Assembly: GCA_002269645.1 (NCBI GenBank) | Contig: NIVC01001378.1 | Span: 124,001 to 188,000 of the forward strand | Source: Macrostomum lignano | Lineage: Eukaryota | Direction: 5' to 3' | Length of the DNA stretch: 64,000 nt | In this document: positions 23,501-36,594 of the stretch, piece after piece | Layout: each line of letters starts with the position of its first letter | Numbering within the stretch: position 1 is the stretch's first letter | Notes under the pieces: model-generated | What the model saw: the letters and a program-made list of their open reading frames with translations, nothing else | Told to the model about the DNA's origin: nothing | The model's database searches: none | Program-made: the position numbers and the translations under genes

Positions 23501-26500
23501 ATGGATGGGAAGAATGGGGGTCTAGAGCAGGTTTAGAAAGGAGAATTGGGATCTGTATATAAAATGGGAAGAATGTGGGTGGGAGTATGTCAGCAAAAAC
23601 AAGGATTAATCAACTAGCATCTTTGCACTAACAGGTTAGTACACAAGCCTCACTGCGAGGCAGGCTACTTATTCTCTCAGCTGGTATGTTTTTTATCACT
23701 TTTGGATTGTCAACATAGCATATAGAGAAAGAAAATATTCATGAATAATGCGAAAAAACCGTGTATTAAGAGAACCGATACTCTGGTAGGCACAGACAGA
23801 ATAAATTGATAGCCAAATTGGCCTACTGAATGCTACTGAGAGAGCAGTGCCTGTGTGAAGGAAAATAAATCCCAACACGGGGCATAATTATTGAGCAGCG
23901 AGTGAGAAGAGCCAGAAGTATGAGTAGCAGAAATTTCTAAGGCAAAAGAACAAACTCAGACAGGAATAGAAGAAGATAGAAGGGTGTGTGCGAATTAGAG
24001 AGGGTATGAATAATCCAAGGGGGTATTTAGGGAATTTGAGAGGGTATGGGGAACCTATGAGGGTATTTAGAGAATATGACAGGATATTGAGAATCTAGGG
24101 GGTATTTAGGGAATTTGAGAAGGTATGGGGAATCAAGAAGGGTATTTGGGGGATTCGAGAGGGTATGGGGAATCAAAAAGGGTTTCTGGGGGATTCGAGA
24201 GGGTATGGGGAATCAAAAAGGGTATTTGGGGGATTTGAGAGGGTATGGGGAATCAAAAAGCGTATTTGGGGGATTCGAGAGGGTATGGGGAATAAAAAAA
24301 GGTATTTGGGGGATTCGAGAGGGTATGGGGAATAAAAAAAGGGTATTTGGGGGATTCGAGAGGGTATGGGGAATAAAAAAAGGTATTTGGGGGATTCGAG
24401 AGGGTATGGGGAATAAAAAAAGGTATTTGGGGGATTCGAGAATGTATGGGGAATCAAGAAGGGTATTTGGGGATTTAAGAGGCTATGGGGAATCTAGGAA
24501 GGTATTTGGGGAATTTGAGCAGGTTCTAGGATAGTATTAGGGGGAATTAAAGGTATAGGAAGTCCGAGAAGGTACTTGAGTCAGTCTGGGAGGACATTTG
24601 TAGAGCAGGGAAGAAAACGGGATAATAGCGGGAGAGAACAGGATCCCCAAAAAACAAGCAGCAAACCTAGCTGGCCCCTCACCTCGTCCATTTTGACGCC
24701 CTGAGCAATGGCTGGCCAGACGGAGCGCCACAGGAGCATATTGAGCACGCGAGAGCGAGCCTCAGACTCATCACGATCAGCTGCATTGGTACTCGCAATG
24801 TCTAAACCGGCCAAAGCAGCAATCAAAGACTGCAGCAATTCCGAAGCCAACAATCTCAGAGGGCCGTCAGTCACGTGAGCCAGGGTATGCAGAGCGCAGT
24901 GCTCAGCGATGAGCAGGGTCTCTAAACGATTGTTAAGCAGTTGAGACCAGCCAGACAATGATGAAGAAGAGAGGCTGGGACCGGCTGTCAAAGCCGTCAC
25001 AATTGTCAAAGCTGATTGATGGCCGCGTTCTCGCCGTTCGAAGTCGGGCATCTCAATGTGCCGTTTGTCCCAGGCGTTCAACTGGATGGGTGGATAAGTG
25101 GTTTGGCTGTGAGTGAACTGCTCAGCAAAATCTGTATTCATAAGCAATACTGTGTACAAATTGTACAGAGCTTTCAGCTTAGTTTTATTACTCGCTCAAG
25201 CCTCAAGGCGTCCGCACTCGAGGGGTGCCGCAAGCTGCGTACTAACCACAACCAACTCTGCTTAACTTGCAGCGCTGGATGGCTAGGCACCCAAGAGGTT
25301 GGGCCGTTGGCTGCAGTGTATAATAATTATTAGTGGAAAAAGTAACAGGAGGAATAGAAAAGTAAAGAATTAAGTAGATTTGAAGAGATTACAGAATCTA
25401 AGAAACAGTTGAAGCAAATTCTAAGAAATAGTTTGTTTCAGATTCTGAGGGAGGGTTCATTGTAGATTCTGAGGGAGGGTTCATGGTATAGTCGGAGGGA
25501 GGGTTTATGGTAGAGTCTGAGGGAGGGTTTATGGTATAGTCTGAGGGAGGGTTCATGGCAGAGTCTGAGGGAGGGTTCATGGTATAGTCTGAGGGAGGGT
25601 TCATGGTAGACTCGGAGGGAGGGTTCATGGTATAGTCTGAAGGAGGGTTCATGGCAGAGTCTGAGGGAGGGTCCATGGTAGAGTCTGAGGGAGGGTTCAT
25701 GGTAGAGTCTGAGGGAGGGTTCATGGCAGAGTCTGAGGGAGGGTTCATGGCAGAGTCTGAGGGAGGGTTCATGGCAGAGTCTGAGGGAGGGTCCATGGTA
25801 GAGTCTGAGGGAGGGTTCATGGTAGAGTCTGAAAGAGGGTTCATGGTATAGTCTGAGGGAGGGTTCATGGCAGAGTCTGAGGGAGGGTTCATGGCAGAGT
25901 CTGAAGAAAGGATGCATAAGAAAAATGAATAAATTCGGCGGATGATAAACAAGGGTAGAAAAATGAACAGTAAAAAATCGAGAAATTTATCGAGAGAAAA
26001 GAAAATATGAGCAGGCCATAAATTATGGGCCAACTGGGACGCCCACAAAAGTGGAGAGCAGAACTCACTGGGAGTCGAACAGTCACGCAATGGTCGCACG
26101 ATAAAATTGATTGGCTAAATAATTTAAACGAATGCCTCCCTATCGAATTAAAACAAAAACCCTGACTAAACCATATGAGGACAAATTTTGAACAAATGCT
26201 ATAGGGGTATGTTCATTGGGAAAGGAGATAGTGAAAGAATAGGGATAAAATAACTTATTTTATTCTACTGATCAGGATAGCCCATCTATCCTGCCTAACT
26301 AAGTCAATGAATTAGCTCTACATGTATAAATATGTATAAGGTGTATTCTATACTTCAGATGCGATAATAATACAGCTAAAAGTACACAAATCTAGACAGC
26401 AAAAACCAAGGCAAGACAGCATGCACAGTCCATGTCTTATCGTTCGAGCCTATGGAACTGTTGATGTTGAAGTCTCAGATTAATCTACATAAGCATCTAG

Positions 26501-29500
26501 CAGCAAAATTAATAGCAGCTATAAACAGGCTAAATGACAGGAAAAGGTAAAAGGCTTAGGCTAAAAAAGATATGATCTAGAATAATTTATTACAAAGGTG
26601 CGAAATTATCCATTTTATATAGACTAAATGCCTTCTTAATGCAGTTGTTGATTTACAATAGGCAGTATATACATAACCTATAATTAAAAAACGGTTTTAT
26701 TTGCCAACTAATTTACGATAGTCAGAGGCAAACTGCACTACTTAGAAAAAAACCCTAAGTAGCAATCAATGCGGAGAAATGTATCTTACATCGTTAGCCA
26801 GCTCGCCCAGAGGCTGGCTGACCAAGCCCAGCTTACTGACGGCAGCCTCCGCTATTTGGCAGAGCAGTATCCGACTGGATCGGTGAGTGAGCTTTGAGAA
26901 CAGCGTGAACGCTTGCCTGCATGTGCGATGAGATTTAGTGGAAATAAATATGAGATTTAGTAGGGAATATATGAAGTATAATTTTTTTGTTAAAACTATA
27001 AGTTTGACTTGTGAATATTTAAATACTGATACTATATGATTGAAATCTCCCCTAAGACTGATTGAAATCCCCCTGAGACTATATGATTGAAATCTCCCCT
27101 GAGACTATATGATTGAAATCTCACCCTGAGACTATATGATTGAAATCTCCCGAGACTAAATGATTGAAATCTCACCCCGAGACTATATGATTAAAATCAC
27201 CCCCCGAGACTATATGATTGAAATCTCTCCCCCCCCCCTGAGACTATATGATTGAAACCTCACCCCTGAGATAGATTGAAATCTCACCCCTGAGACTGAT
27301 TGGAATCTCACCCCTGAGACTGACTAGAATCTCACCCCTGAGACTGACTAGAATCTCACCCCTGAGACTGACTAGAATCTCACCCCTGAGACTGACTGGA
27401 ATCTCACCCCTGAGACTGACAGGAATCTCACCCCTGAGACTGACTGGAAGCTCACCCCTGAGACTGATTGAAATCTCACCCTTGAGACTGATTGGAATCT
27501 CACCCCCGAGACTGACTGGAATCTCACCCCTAAGACTGACTGGAATCTCACCCCTGAGACTGATAAAACTCACAGAAACAGCGTCCGACATGGTGAGGCG
27601 GCCCTCTTCAACAGAGTCAGCAGGGCCGCCAACAGACGCGCCTGAAACTCGTCGCTTCTCAGTCCGCCAATTCCGCCGCCAACTTTCTTCTTTGATGATT
27701 TGCTCTTCTTTCCATCCATTGGTAGCAGCAGCAGTCTGAGCAGGGTGCCGGCCAATTTCTCGCACGCCTCGGCTCTGTACAGACCGTTGTCTACTAGAAG
27801 AGCCAGCAACCTTAGCGCTTCTCTGGACACGTCAATGGAAGCTTCTAATCTACCGGGAGATAAACGATTGGACACGAAGCTGGCTAGAGAATCTGCAACC
27901 GGCATCAGATAGTGAGGCCGGGACAGCTTCCTATTATCAGCTTGCATTGCCTCAATCGGTGCAGTGGAATCCGCCTCTTCGCCTAGTAAATTGTTGAAGA
28001 TTGACAGGCAGGCTAGTAGGACAGGTTCGCTAACGCTTCCGTTGCTAGGCGAATTAGCGTTGCCTAGCAACTCGGCTAACGATTGAATTGGTTGGCCTTC
28101 TAATAGGCGATCGTGACGATTGTCGGCCGACCAGATCTGGAGCAGACGCAGCGCGAGGCCGGGTGTGCCTGCGGTGGCAGCTTCGGTTGCTAGGCGGGGC
28201 AGATGGGGCTCCACGCAGTGCCTGCGAATTTTAAGGGCGGATCGATCAACCGAGTGACTTGCAGAAGTGGGTTCTTAACCAGCCTATCTGAGTATACGAT
28301 AAGGGATTGCAACTGAGGATCTGGGAGGCTGGCCTAGCAACTGAGGATCTGGGAGGCTGGTCCAGCAAATGAGGATCTGGGAGGCTGGCCCAGCAACTGA
28401 GGATCTGGGAGGCTGGCCTAGCAACTGAGGATCTGGGAGACTGGCCCAGCAACTGAACAACAACAACAAAATATGCTGTCAGGGTGGCAAAAGTCAGCGT
28501 CACAGGGCGGCTTTGTCATGGCTTGGGCGCGAACAAAGGCCGCGCCACCGGCAGTGTCCAGCAACGGAGGATCTGGGAGGCTGTCCGAGCAATTGACACT
28601 CTGGGAGGCTGGCACAGCAACTGAGGATCTGGGAGGCTGGCCCAGCAACTGAGGATCTGGGAGGCTGGCACAGCAACTGAGGATCTGGGAGGCTGGCGAT
28701 GGACTACTCAGTCTGAACAATAATAAAAAACACAGCTCACTTAAAAGTGTCATCAATAAGCCGCTCAGTGAGCAACCGATCGCTGCCAGACTCCAGCGCT
28801 CTCAGAACAGCTTTCTGACAAGCCTGTCTCAAGCCACGCAACTGACTACTCGCGATCCGACTAACACTAGTAGTATTATTAGCGGCTAAACTTGCAGCCA
28901 ACCGCGGCAGCAAAGCGCAGAAACACAGCAGCAGACTGTATAATTTGCACAGCTCGCTGGCATCCAGTCTCATGCTGGACAGCACAAGCAGGGCGCATTT
29001 CGCCGCAGCCTGCAGCCTGCCAATGGACACGTCGCTGTCAATTTCAATACTGGACACATTGTCCAGGCTTAATCCGGCAAACTGATCAAACAACAGCTGA
29101 TTTAGAAAGCTCCTTCGCTCCTCCGGTTGGCAGCTCTCTTCTAGGAAAGCGAAGATGCATTGCAATTGACCGCCAGCGCCGCCGCCGCTGCGCACCCTAC
29201 CCAGCAACAGGCGCATAGCAACCGCTAAGACGGCCTGCCTCTGCAGTTCGCTAGCCTCCGACAGGTCACCGCCGATGCTAACTAAAGCTTCTTTTGTTGA
29301 TTTGAAATCTGACAGACGATGCAAAAAGCCAATCCAGTCCACTGAGGAGGCGGCCGCCGGTTTGCCCGCCAGGGTCTTGTCGCCGTAGGCTATTATGCAT
29401 CGCAGTGCCGCTATGCGCACCTGGGAAATGAAGAGAAATGCTTTTTCAAACAAAATTATTATCAAATCTAACCCCTTCCTTATCTCGATCCTGATTTACT

Positions 29501-32500
29501 TATTGTTACTCCGACTCTATCCTTTCTCTCTCTCAGCTCTATCCTTCTCCTCTCAGCTCTATCCCGACTCTATCCTTCTCCTCTCTCAGCTCTATCCCGA
29601 CTCTATCCTTCTCCTCTCTCAGCTCTATCCCGACTCTATCCTTTCCTCTCAGCTCTATCCCGACTCTATCCTTCTCCTCTCTTAGCTCTATACCGACTCT
29701 ATCCTTTCCCTCTCTCAGCTCTATTCTGACTCTATCCTTTCCCTCTCTTAGCTCTATCCCGACTCTATCCTTTCCCTCTCTTAGCTCTATCCTGACTCTA
29801 TCCTTCTCCTATCTTAGCTCTATCCTGACTCTATCCTTTTCCTCTCTTAGCTCTATCCTGACTCTATCCTTTTCCTATCTTAGCTCTATCCTGACTCTAT
29901 CCTTCACTTCTCTTAGCTCTATCCTGACTCTATCCTTCTCCTATCTTAGCTCTATCCTGACTCTATCCTTCTCCTCTCTTAGCTCTATCCTGACTCTATC
30001 CTTCTCCTATCTTAGCTCTATCCTGACTCTATCCTTCTCCTCTCTTAGCTCTATCCTGACTCTATCCTTTTCCTCTCTTAGCTCTATCCTGACTCTATCC
30101 TTTTCCTCTACTTAGCTCTATCCTGACTCTATCCTTCTCCTATCTTAGCTCTATCCTGACTCTATCCTTTTCCTCTACTTAGCTCTATCCTGACTCTATC
30201 CTTCTCCTATCTTAGCTCTATCCTGACTCTATCCTTTTCCTCTCTTAGCTCTATCCTGACTCTATCCTTTTCCTCTCTTAGCTCTATCCTGACTCTATCC
30301 TTCTCCTATCTTAGCTCTATCCTGACTCTATCCTTCTCCTATCTTAGCTCTATCCTGACTCTATCCTTTTCCTCTCTTAGCTCTATCCTGACTCTATCCT
30401 TCTCCTATCTTAGCTCTATCCTGACTCTATCCTTCTCCTCTCTTAGCTCTATCCTGACTCTATCCTTTTCCTCTCTTAGCTCTATCCTGACTCTATCCTT
30501 CTCCTCTCTTAGCTCTATCCTGACTCTATCCTTTTCCTCTCTTAGCTCTATCCTGACTCTATCCTTTTCCTCTCTTAGCTCTATCCTGACTCTATCCTTT
30601 TCCTCTCTTAGCTCTATCCTGACTCTATCCTTCTCCTATCTTAGCTCTATCCTGACTCTATCCTTTTCCTCTCTTAGCTCTATCCTGACTCTATCCTTCT
30701 CCTATCTTAGCTCTATCCTGACTCTATCCTTCTCCTCTCTTAGCTCTATCCTGACTCTATCCTTCTCCTCTCTTAGCTCTATCCTGACTCTATCCTTCTC
30801 CTCTCTTAGCTCTATCCTGACTCTATCCTTTTCCTCTCTTAGCTCTATCCTGACTCTATCCTTCTCCTCTCTTAGCTCTATCCTGACTCTATCCTTTTCC
30901 TCTCTTAGCTCTATCCTGACTCTATCCTTTTCCTCTCTTAGCTCTATCCTGACTCTATCCTTTTCCTCTCTTAGCTCTATCCTGACTCTATCCTTCTCCT
31001 CTCTTAGCTCTATCCTGACTCTATCCTTCTCCTATCTTAGCTCTATCCTGACTCTATCCTTTTCCTCTCTTAGCTCTATCCTGACTCTATCCTTCTCCTA
31101 TCTTAGCTCTATCCTGACTCTATCCTTCTCCTCTCTTAGCTCTATCCTGACTCTATCCTTTTCCTCTCTTAGCTCTATCCTGACTCTATCCTTCTCCTAT
31201 CTTAGCTCTATCCTGACTCTATCCTTTTCCTCTCTTAGCTCTATCCTGACTCTATCCTTCTCCTATCTTAGCTCTATCCTGACTCTATCCTTCTCCTCTC
31301 TTAGCTCTATCCTGACTCTATCCTTTTCCTCTCTTAGCTCTATCCTGACTCTATCCTTTTCCTCTCTTAGCTCTATCCTGACTCTATCCTTCTCCTATCT
31401 TAGCTCTATCCTGACTCTATCCTTTTCCTCTCTTAGCTCTATCCTGACTCTATCCTTCTCCTATCTTAGCTCTATCCTGACTCTATCCTTCTCCTCTCTT
31501 AGCTCTATCCTGACTCTATCCTTTTCCTCTCTTAGCTCTATCCTGACTCTATCCTTTTCCTCTCTTAGCTCTATCCTGACTCTATCCTTCTCCTATCTTA
31601 GCTCTATCCTGACTCTATCCTTCTCCTATCTTAGCTCTATCCTGACTCTATCCTTCTCCTCTCTTAGCTCTATCCTGACTCTATCCTTCTCCTATCTTAG
31701 CTCTATCCTGACTCTATCCTTCTCCTCTCTTAGCTCTATCCTGACTCTATCCTTTTCCTCTCTTAGCTCTAACCTGACTCTATCCTTTTCCTCTCTTAGC
31801 TCTATCCTGACTCTATCCTTCTCCTCTCTTAGCTCTATCCTGACTCTATCCTTCTCCTATCTTAGCTCTATCCTGACTCTATCCTTCTCCTATCTTAGCT
31901 CTATCCTGACTCTATCCTTCTCCTCTCTTAGCTCTATCCTGACTCTATCCTTTCTTTACCTTAACGCTACCCAGTTTCCATCCTTCCATTAGATCAACTC
32001 TATACAGTCTCTATCCTTCCCCTATCTCAGCTCTATGCAGTCTCAATCTTCCCTTAGCTCAGCTCTATCCAGTCATTAATGATCATCACCTGAGCCGCGG
32101 AGCACTGCAATAAGCTGTAGTACCAGCGATGCAACTCCGCTTCACCGCTGACACATTTAATAGCTTTCCCCAGGCCGGAGTACAAATCTAGCATAGCAAC
32201 TAGGGTTGCTTGGCAACGCCGTCGGATAATCCAAGGTTCGCGATTCGGGCTAGGACAAAATTCTCCGTTGCGAAGGCAGGCTAAAATCAATGGCGAGGTG
32301 ACAGCGGTTCGCTTAGCAACTAGCTGGGGCGATAGGACACGCAGGCACCGCCACAGCTGCAGCCGATAGGTAAGCGGATCAATGCGCTCAAGACTCGGGC
32401 TTGACTGGCCGTACGAGAGTCGCTTCGTTTCGTTGTCAAGGAAACTATTAATAAAAACAGTGTCTCCAGAATCGGTTTCCATAGCAACCTCTTCTTTTTG

Positions 32501-35500
32501 TTGTTTGTCATTGCCGTTATCGTCAGTCTCAACTGCATTGTCCTTAATAATGCTAGCTGAGTCGATATTAGCGGTGGTCAGAGCTGAGGTTAAAACTGAC
32601 CAAAATGCTGATCCAGCATAGGCGGCATGGCTAGCTAACAGTTTAGCTATGGGAGTCCACAGCGGAGTGAACTGGGTACGGAGCAGGCCTAACAGATAGC
32701 GACAGCACAGCGTACTGACAGCTACGCTAGGCGCCGCCGATGCAGCTGCCATCCGTTCAGCATCCAGACCATCCAACAGACGCAAGCATTCCCGCAGATT
32801 TTCAATACCAACTGTTAACGACTCGGCAGCTAGACAGGACTCGATACAGCGCAACAATAATAACACTGAATCGTCTGGATTGTTGGCATCTTGTTTAACA
32901 ATTTGACGCAGCGTGCGCAAGCAGTGCAGCCTGACGCAATGACTAGCCGATGTTAAACAATCAATAGCCAAACTATTGAGCTTATTAGCAAGATTACTAT
33001 TGTCGAATATCAACTTCAAATGGTCGCCTCTATCTGACAGGAATTGCAACAGAAAATCGATACACTTCCAATAGATCGGGCTAGCGCAATTGCAGGGCAA
33101 CGAATCTATTAGCGAACTAATTAAATTCTGCAGTTGAACAGCATCAGCGGATAGATTTAGCAAAGCGTAGATGCAGCGAAACAATGCTTGGCATTGGTCC
33201 AGCGTTAGGGCAACTGTTTGAGAACTGTTTGACAGCTGTCTCACTGTCAGATTGACAAGCTTGTCCAATACACTGGCTAGGCTTGACTCTGATCTGCAAG
33301 TTGAGACAATGATTCGATATTTTTTTTCATTTTAGATTTTTTGTTAATTAGTGAATATTCACAATCTGCCAAAAACTTACGCGAATTTGCTCATCGGTAG
33401 AAAACTGCAGCACAATGCTAGTCGATTGCATAGAAAACCATCGGCAGACGACGCCAACCTGTCAATCGTGCTGCTCAGTTCTGTAAGCACCTTCTCCTCG
33501 GAGCTGCAAGTGTTTGAAGGCAAAATCACTTGCATATCCACTCCATGATCTTTTATGCTGCAATCAGCTCAGGCTACACCCCTCTCTCAGCTCAGGCTAC
33601 ACCCCTCCCTTAGCTCAGGCTACACCCCTCTCTCAGCTCAGGCTACACCCCTCCCTTAGCTCAGGCTACACCCCTCTCTCAGCTCAGGCTACACCCCTCC
33701 CTTAGCTCAGGCTACACCCCTCTCTCAGCTCAGGCTACACCCCTCCCTTAGCTCAGGCTACACCCCTCTCTCAGCTCAGGCTACACCCCTCCCTTAGCTC
33801 AGGCTACACCCCTCTCTCAGCTCAGGCTACACCCCTCCCTTAGCTCAGGCTACACCCCTCTCTCAGCTCAGGCTACACCCCTCCCTTAGCTCAGGCTACA
33901 CCCCTCCCTCAGCACATCCCTCCCTCAGCTCAGGCTACACCCCTCCCTCAGCACATCCCTCCCTCAGCTCAGGCTACACCCCTCCCTCAGCACATCCCTC
34001 CCTCAGCTCAGGCTACACCCCTCCCTCAGCACAGGCTACATCCCTCCCTCAGCACAGGCTACACCCCTCCCTCAGCTCACCCGCACTCAGCCCAGTCAAT
34101 AAGGCGGTCCTCAGCTGGCACCGCCTCGAACGACTCCGCCGGTGCGCGCCAACAGCCAGACGCCGGCGCCAGACAGAAGGCGCCGAGTTGCTCGAAAGCT
34201 TCCGCGCCACCGAGACAAACGGCCTCAGCTAGCATCGGCAAGGCCAACCGCAGGAAGCGCCTACCAAGACTGCCACTGTCGCTACCGGCTTCATCTCCGA
34301 CTCCGGCGCCGCCAACCAGCTGAACAAATTCAAATCTACGACGCCAAATTTCACTATTGTCGGCATCGACATCTGGTAGCGTCCAGGTCGACAATCGACA
34401 GCAACGAAACAGACGCTGACAGAAATTGTCTTCAAGACAATGATCAACAGTGATTTTGCTTGTGCCGTCGCTGCTCTGACAGAAATATCGAGTAAGGCCG
34501 GCAGTCAGACGAGCGACAGATTTCGACCAGGTCGATTGGTTGTTCGACAACTTTTCAACGCATCGACACCATCGCTCTGGGTCGCTTTTTCCACCAATCA
34601 AAGCCTGCGACAATACCAAAGCTTGACGCCGATTTTTCTTCGAATAACAATCGTCGAATTCGCCTAGCAACAGCCTAGCAACTAGTTCGGCAGCGTCGGA
34701 AGCTGAACCGCCGGCTAACCGGTCTAGCAATTGTCGGCGAATAGGTTCGATAGCGGCGTCGCTGTTATCGCCTCGACGAGCGTGACGCAACAAGCGAACA
34801 TGCACCAGTGTCAAGCAGCGTAGACGGATCTCTCTAGTCGCGGGAAGCTCCTGATTGACAATCAGCCAGTCTATAAGTCTCGGATAGACAGTTTGGAATG
34901 GTCCGGCAGCTAACTGACCAGCTGCGCCCCGAAGCCAATAGAAAACAGTGCCTGATACAGCTTCCGTCATCAGATCTGCATCATCAGATGCTGCAGCACT
35001 GTCCAACCAGCTAGCTAATAAGTCCAACAGTCTAGCGGTCAGTTGATTAGATTGATTCGGCAATTTGCGCAATAAAAATGCAAACGATTCGGCCGCTAAT
35101 TCAGTCACGTGACCGCCAGCCAATAGCAACGGTTTCAATTGGATGGCTGCTTCGTCCGGTTGTCGACGCAGTTGACGACGTAAAGCGTACAGAGTGTAGG
35201 AGATGCCGGTGAACACGTGCTCGAGAGCCTGGTGACTGCTGGCCGCGGAGTGGCGGCTCAACAAGCCCGTGTAGATGCTCACGAGGCTGCCGAATTCCCA
35301 CTGCATCGCTTCGCTAAGGTCGAAGCAGAGGGCCACGCCGAATCTGCGGATGGGTGAATGCGATGCCAATGTGAATGGTGGGTGGTTGGGTGGGTGAATG
35401 CGATGCCAATGTGAATGGTGGGTGGTTGGGTGGGTGAATGCGATGCTAATGTGAATCGTGGGTGGGTGGTTGGGTGAATCCGATGCTAATGTGAATAGTG

Positions 35501-36319
35501 ACTGGGTGAATGAGGCAATGTGGGTGAATGGGATGGTAATGTGAATACTTAGGGACGTGAAAGTGAACTTGATGTTAATAAGACTCAAAAACACGAAAAA
35601 ATCATAAATGTTTAAGTATACTCACTCCATAATTGGCTGCAACGATTCGATGCTACTGTTCTGCAAGGCCTCTTTAAATGTAGCGATGACGTCATCCTAA
35701 AAAAGTACATTTAAAAAATTAGTATCTAAATGGTTAAATTCTTATTATAAAGGAACCCAGTTGATAAATATGCTGTTTATCTCACCTTGTGTAGAACAAG
35801 TATCTCCAAAGATTGGACAAAGACCTCCACGTCGCGGCGAAAGGCAACTAGAATTTTCAAAGGGTCCAAAGTGCACACAGGTTTCTTAGTCAATATTAAA
35901 TACATAACCGATAATATCTGGATGTACTACTTACCATATTCAGTAGTAGAATTTAATTCTGTCCACTTTTCCAATGCTGCAGCGCACTTGGTGTCTGTAT
36001 CAGAGTCAAGCTAAAAATCATTGAGACATTGCAAAGTAAAATTTTGTTAAGCTTCGAAGTATGTAGAAAATAATACAAGTAAAATATTTTGACTTTACCT
36101 TAATTGGAAAGAGCTGGTTGCGCAATAAGGCTAACTTAATCCTCTCCTTGTGCTCATTGAAGCCTTGGAACTGTTTCAATAATTTATGAGGTAAATTTGC
36201 AGTTTGTTTATTTGAAAAAAATGATAAATGTATCACTTAGAAAGTCGTCCAGAAAAAAGCAAATAATTTACCTTAAAGGTGTTCCTTTGCTTTTTAGATA
36301 AAACCTCTTCTTCTTCCAT
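17548..36319 (-). CDS. UTP20: UTP20 (SSU processome HEAT-repeat protein), ~2955 aa. Exons (minus strand): 36319-36272, 36170-36099, 36010-35935, 35847-35786, 35696-35626, 35343-34081, 33557-33381, 33293-32090, 29420-28741, 28221-27574, 26916-26790, 25081-24683, 22724-22518, 22423-21161, 20118-17548
   Basis: All 14 junctions are GT-AG and phase-consistent; total 8868 nt is divisible by 3. UTP20-like motifs: NTFKF, LEKWTELN, AAESFAFLLRK, LRLLQIWS, LNAWDKRHIEMPDFERR, FFDNVRS, EFLRSREHAVRKEAG, LLARGYTRHVLAHTLH, KEKEV, LDPFVPILL, YDGVDGRSSA, and a basic C-tail. Confidence 0.92.
20330..20930. repeat. Intronic minisatellite (UTP20 intron 14): 25-bp units, then 37-bp units containing the palindrome ATCTATAGAT
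   Basis: Directly visible. Confidence 0.93.
21715..21920 (-). repeat. Coding 21-bp tandem repeat (PEVT[N/K/I]G[E/K], about 10 copies) within UTP20 exon 14
   Basis: In frame within ORF 21155-22411. Confidence 0.9.
22795..23530. repeat. Intronic minisatellite, 52-bp unit, about 14 copies (UTP20 intron 12)
   Basis: Directly visible. Confidence 0.96.
24000..24530. repeat. G-rich ~40-bp minisatellite (UTP20 intron 12)
   Basis: GAGAGGGTATGGGGAATAAAAAAAGGTATTTGGGGGATTC repeats. Confidence 0.92.
25436..25905. repeat. 24-bp minisatellite GAGTCTGAGGGAGGGTTCATGGCA (UTP20 intron 11)
   Basis: Directly visible. Produces the spurious NPPSDSAM ORF. Confidence 0.96.
27030..27565. repeat. ~24-bp minisatellite GAATCTCACCCCTGAGACTGACT[A/G] (UTP20 intron 10)
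   Basis: Directly visible. Confidence 0.93.
28300..28700. repeat. 28-bp minisatellite interrupted by one ~100-bp unique segment (UTP20 intron 9)
   Basis: GAGGATCTGGGAGGCTGGCCCAGCAACT units on both sides of 28456-28558. Confidence 0.9.
29500..32050. repeat. 33-bp pyrimidine-rich minisatellite, about 75 copies (UTP20 intron 8)
   Basis: TAGCTCTATCCTGACTCTATCCTT[T/C]TCCT[C/A]TCT, directly visible. Confidence 0.98.
33565..34078. repeat. 23-bp minisatellite filling UTP20 intron 6
   Basis: CTCAGGCTACACCCCTC[T/C]CT[C/T]AG units. Confidence 0.96.
35350..35560. repeat. ~40-bp GT-rich repeat in UTP20 intron 5
   Basis: GTGAATGCGATGCCAATGTGAATGGTGGGTGGTTGGGTGG, 4-5 copies, degenerating toward the donor. 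Confidence 0.85.
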
Positions 36320-36594
36320 TTACTGGGTTAACTGGTCAGTGCTGGAATGGCCAATAAGAGATTGCTACAAATTGTCTGAATGAGCCTTCGTTTTTAATAA
36401 GTTAGCCACTATACTATATTATATAAAATAGAAACACAATAGAAGAAAACATCCTAAAAAATTCTTGTAAATTCATAAACTTAGCTACTATTTTCTAATG
36501 GCCTATAACTTATAAAAAATAATTTAGACAAGCTATAAAAGAAGCAATAATATGTAAAACTGTCTATTTTTAGAAACAAAAATCAAGGCTACTG

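Noticed and set aside
25200-25325. Extra UTP20 exon (NGPTSWVPSHPALQVKQSWLWLVRSL...)
   Set aside because: Its phase (1 in, 0 out) is incompatible with the phase 0-0 host intron, and the flanking exons already join sensibly.
24115-27765. Repetitive ORFs (24115-24534, 25398-26099, 27244-27765) and likewise 44641-45453, 45797-46384, 63681-63977
   Set aside because: Intronic minisatellites, mostly with unit lengths divisible by 3, which stay open by construction.
34077-35594. N-terminal ~85 aa of the 505-aa ORF
   Set aside because: This is intron 5 repeat read-through; the true exon starts at 35343.
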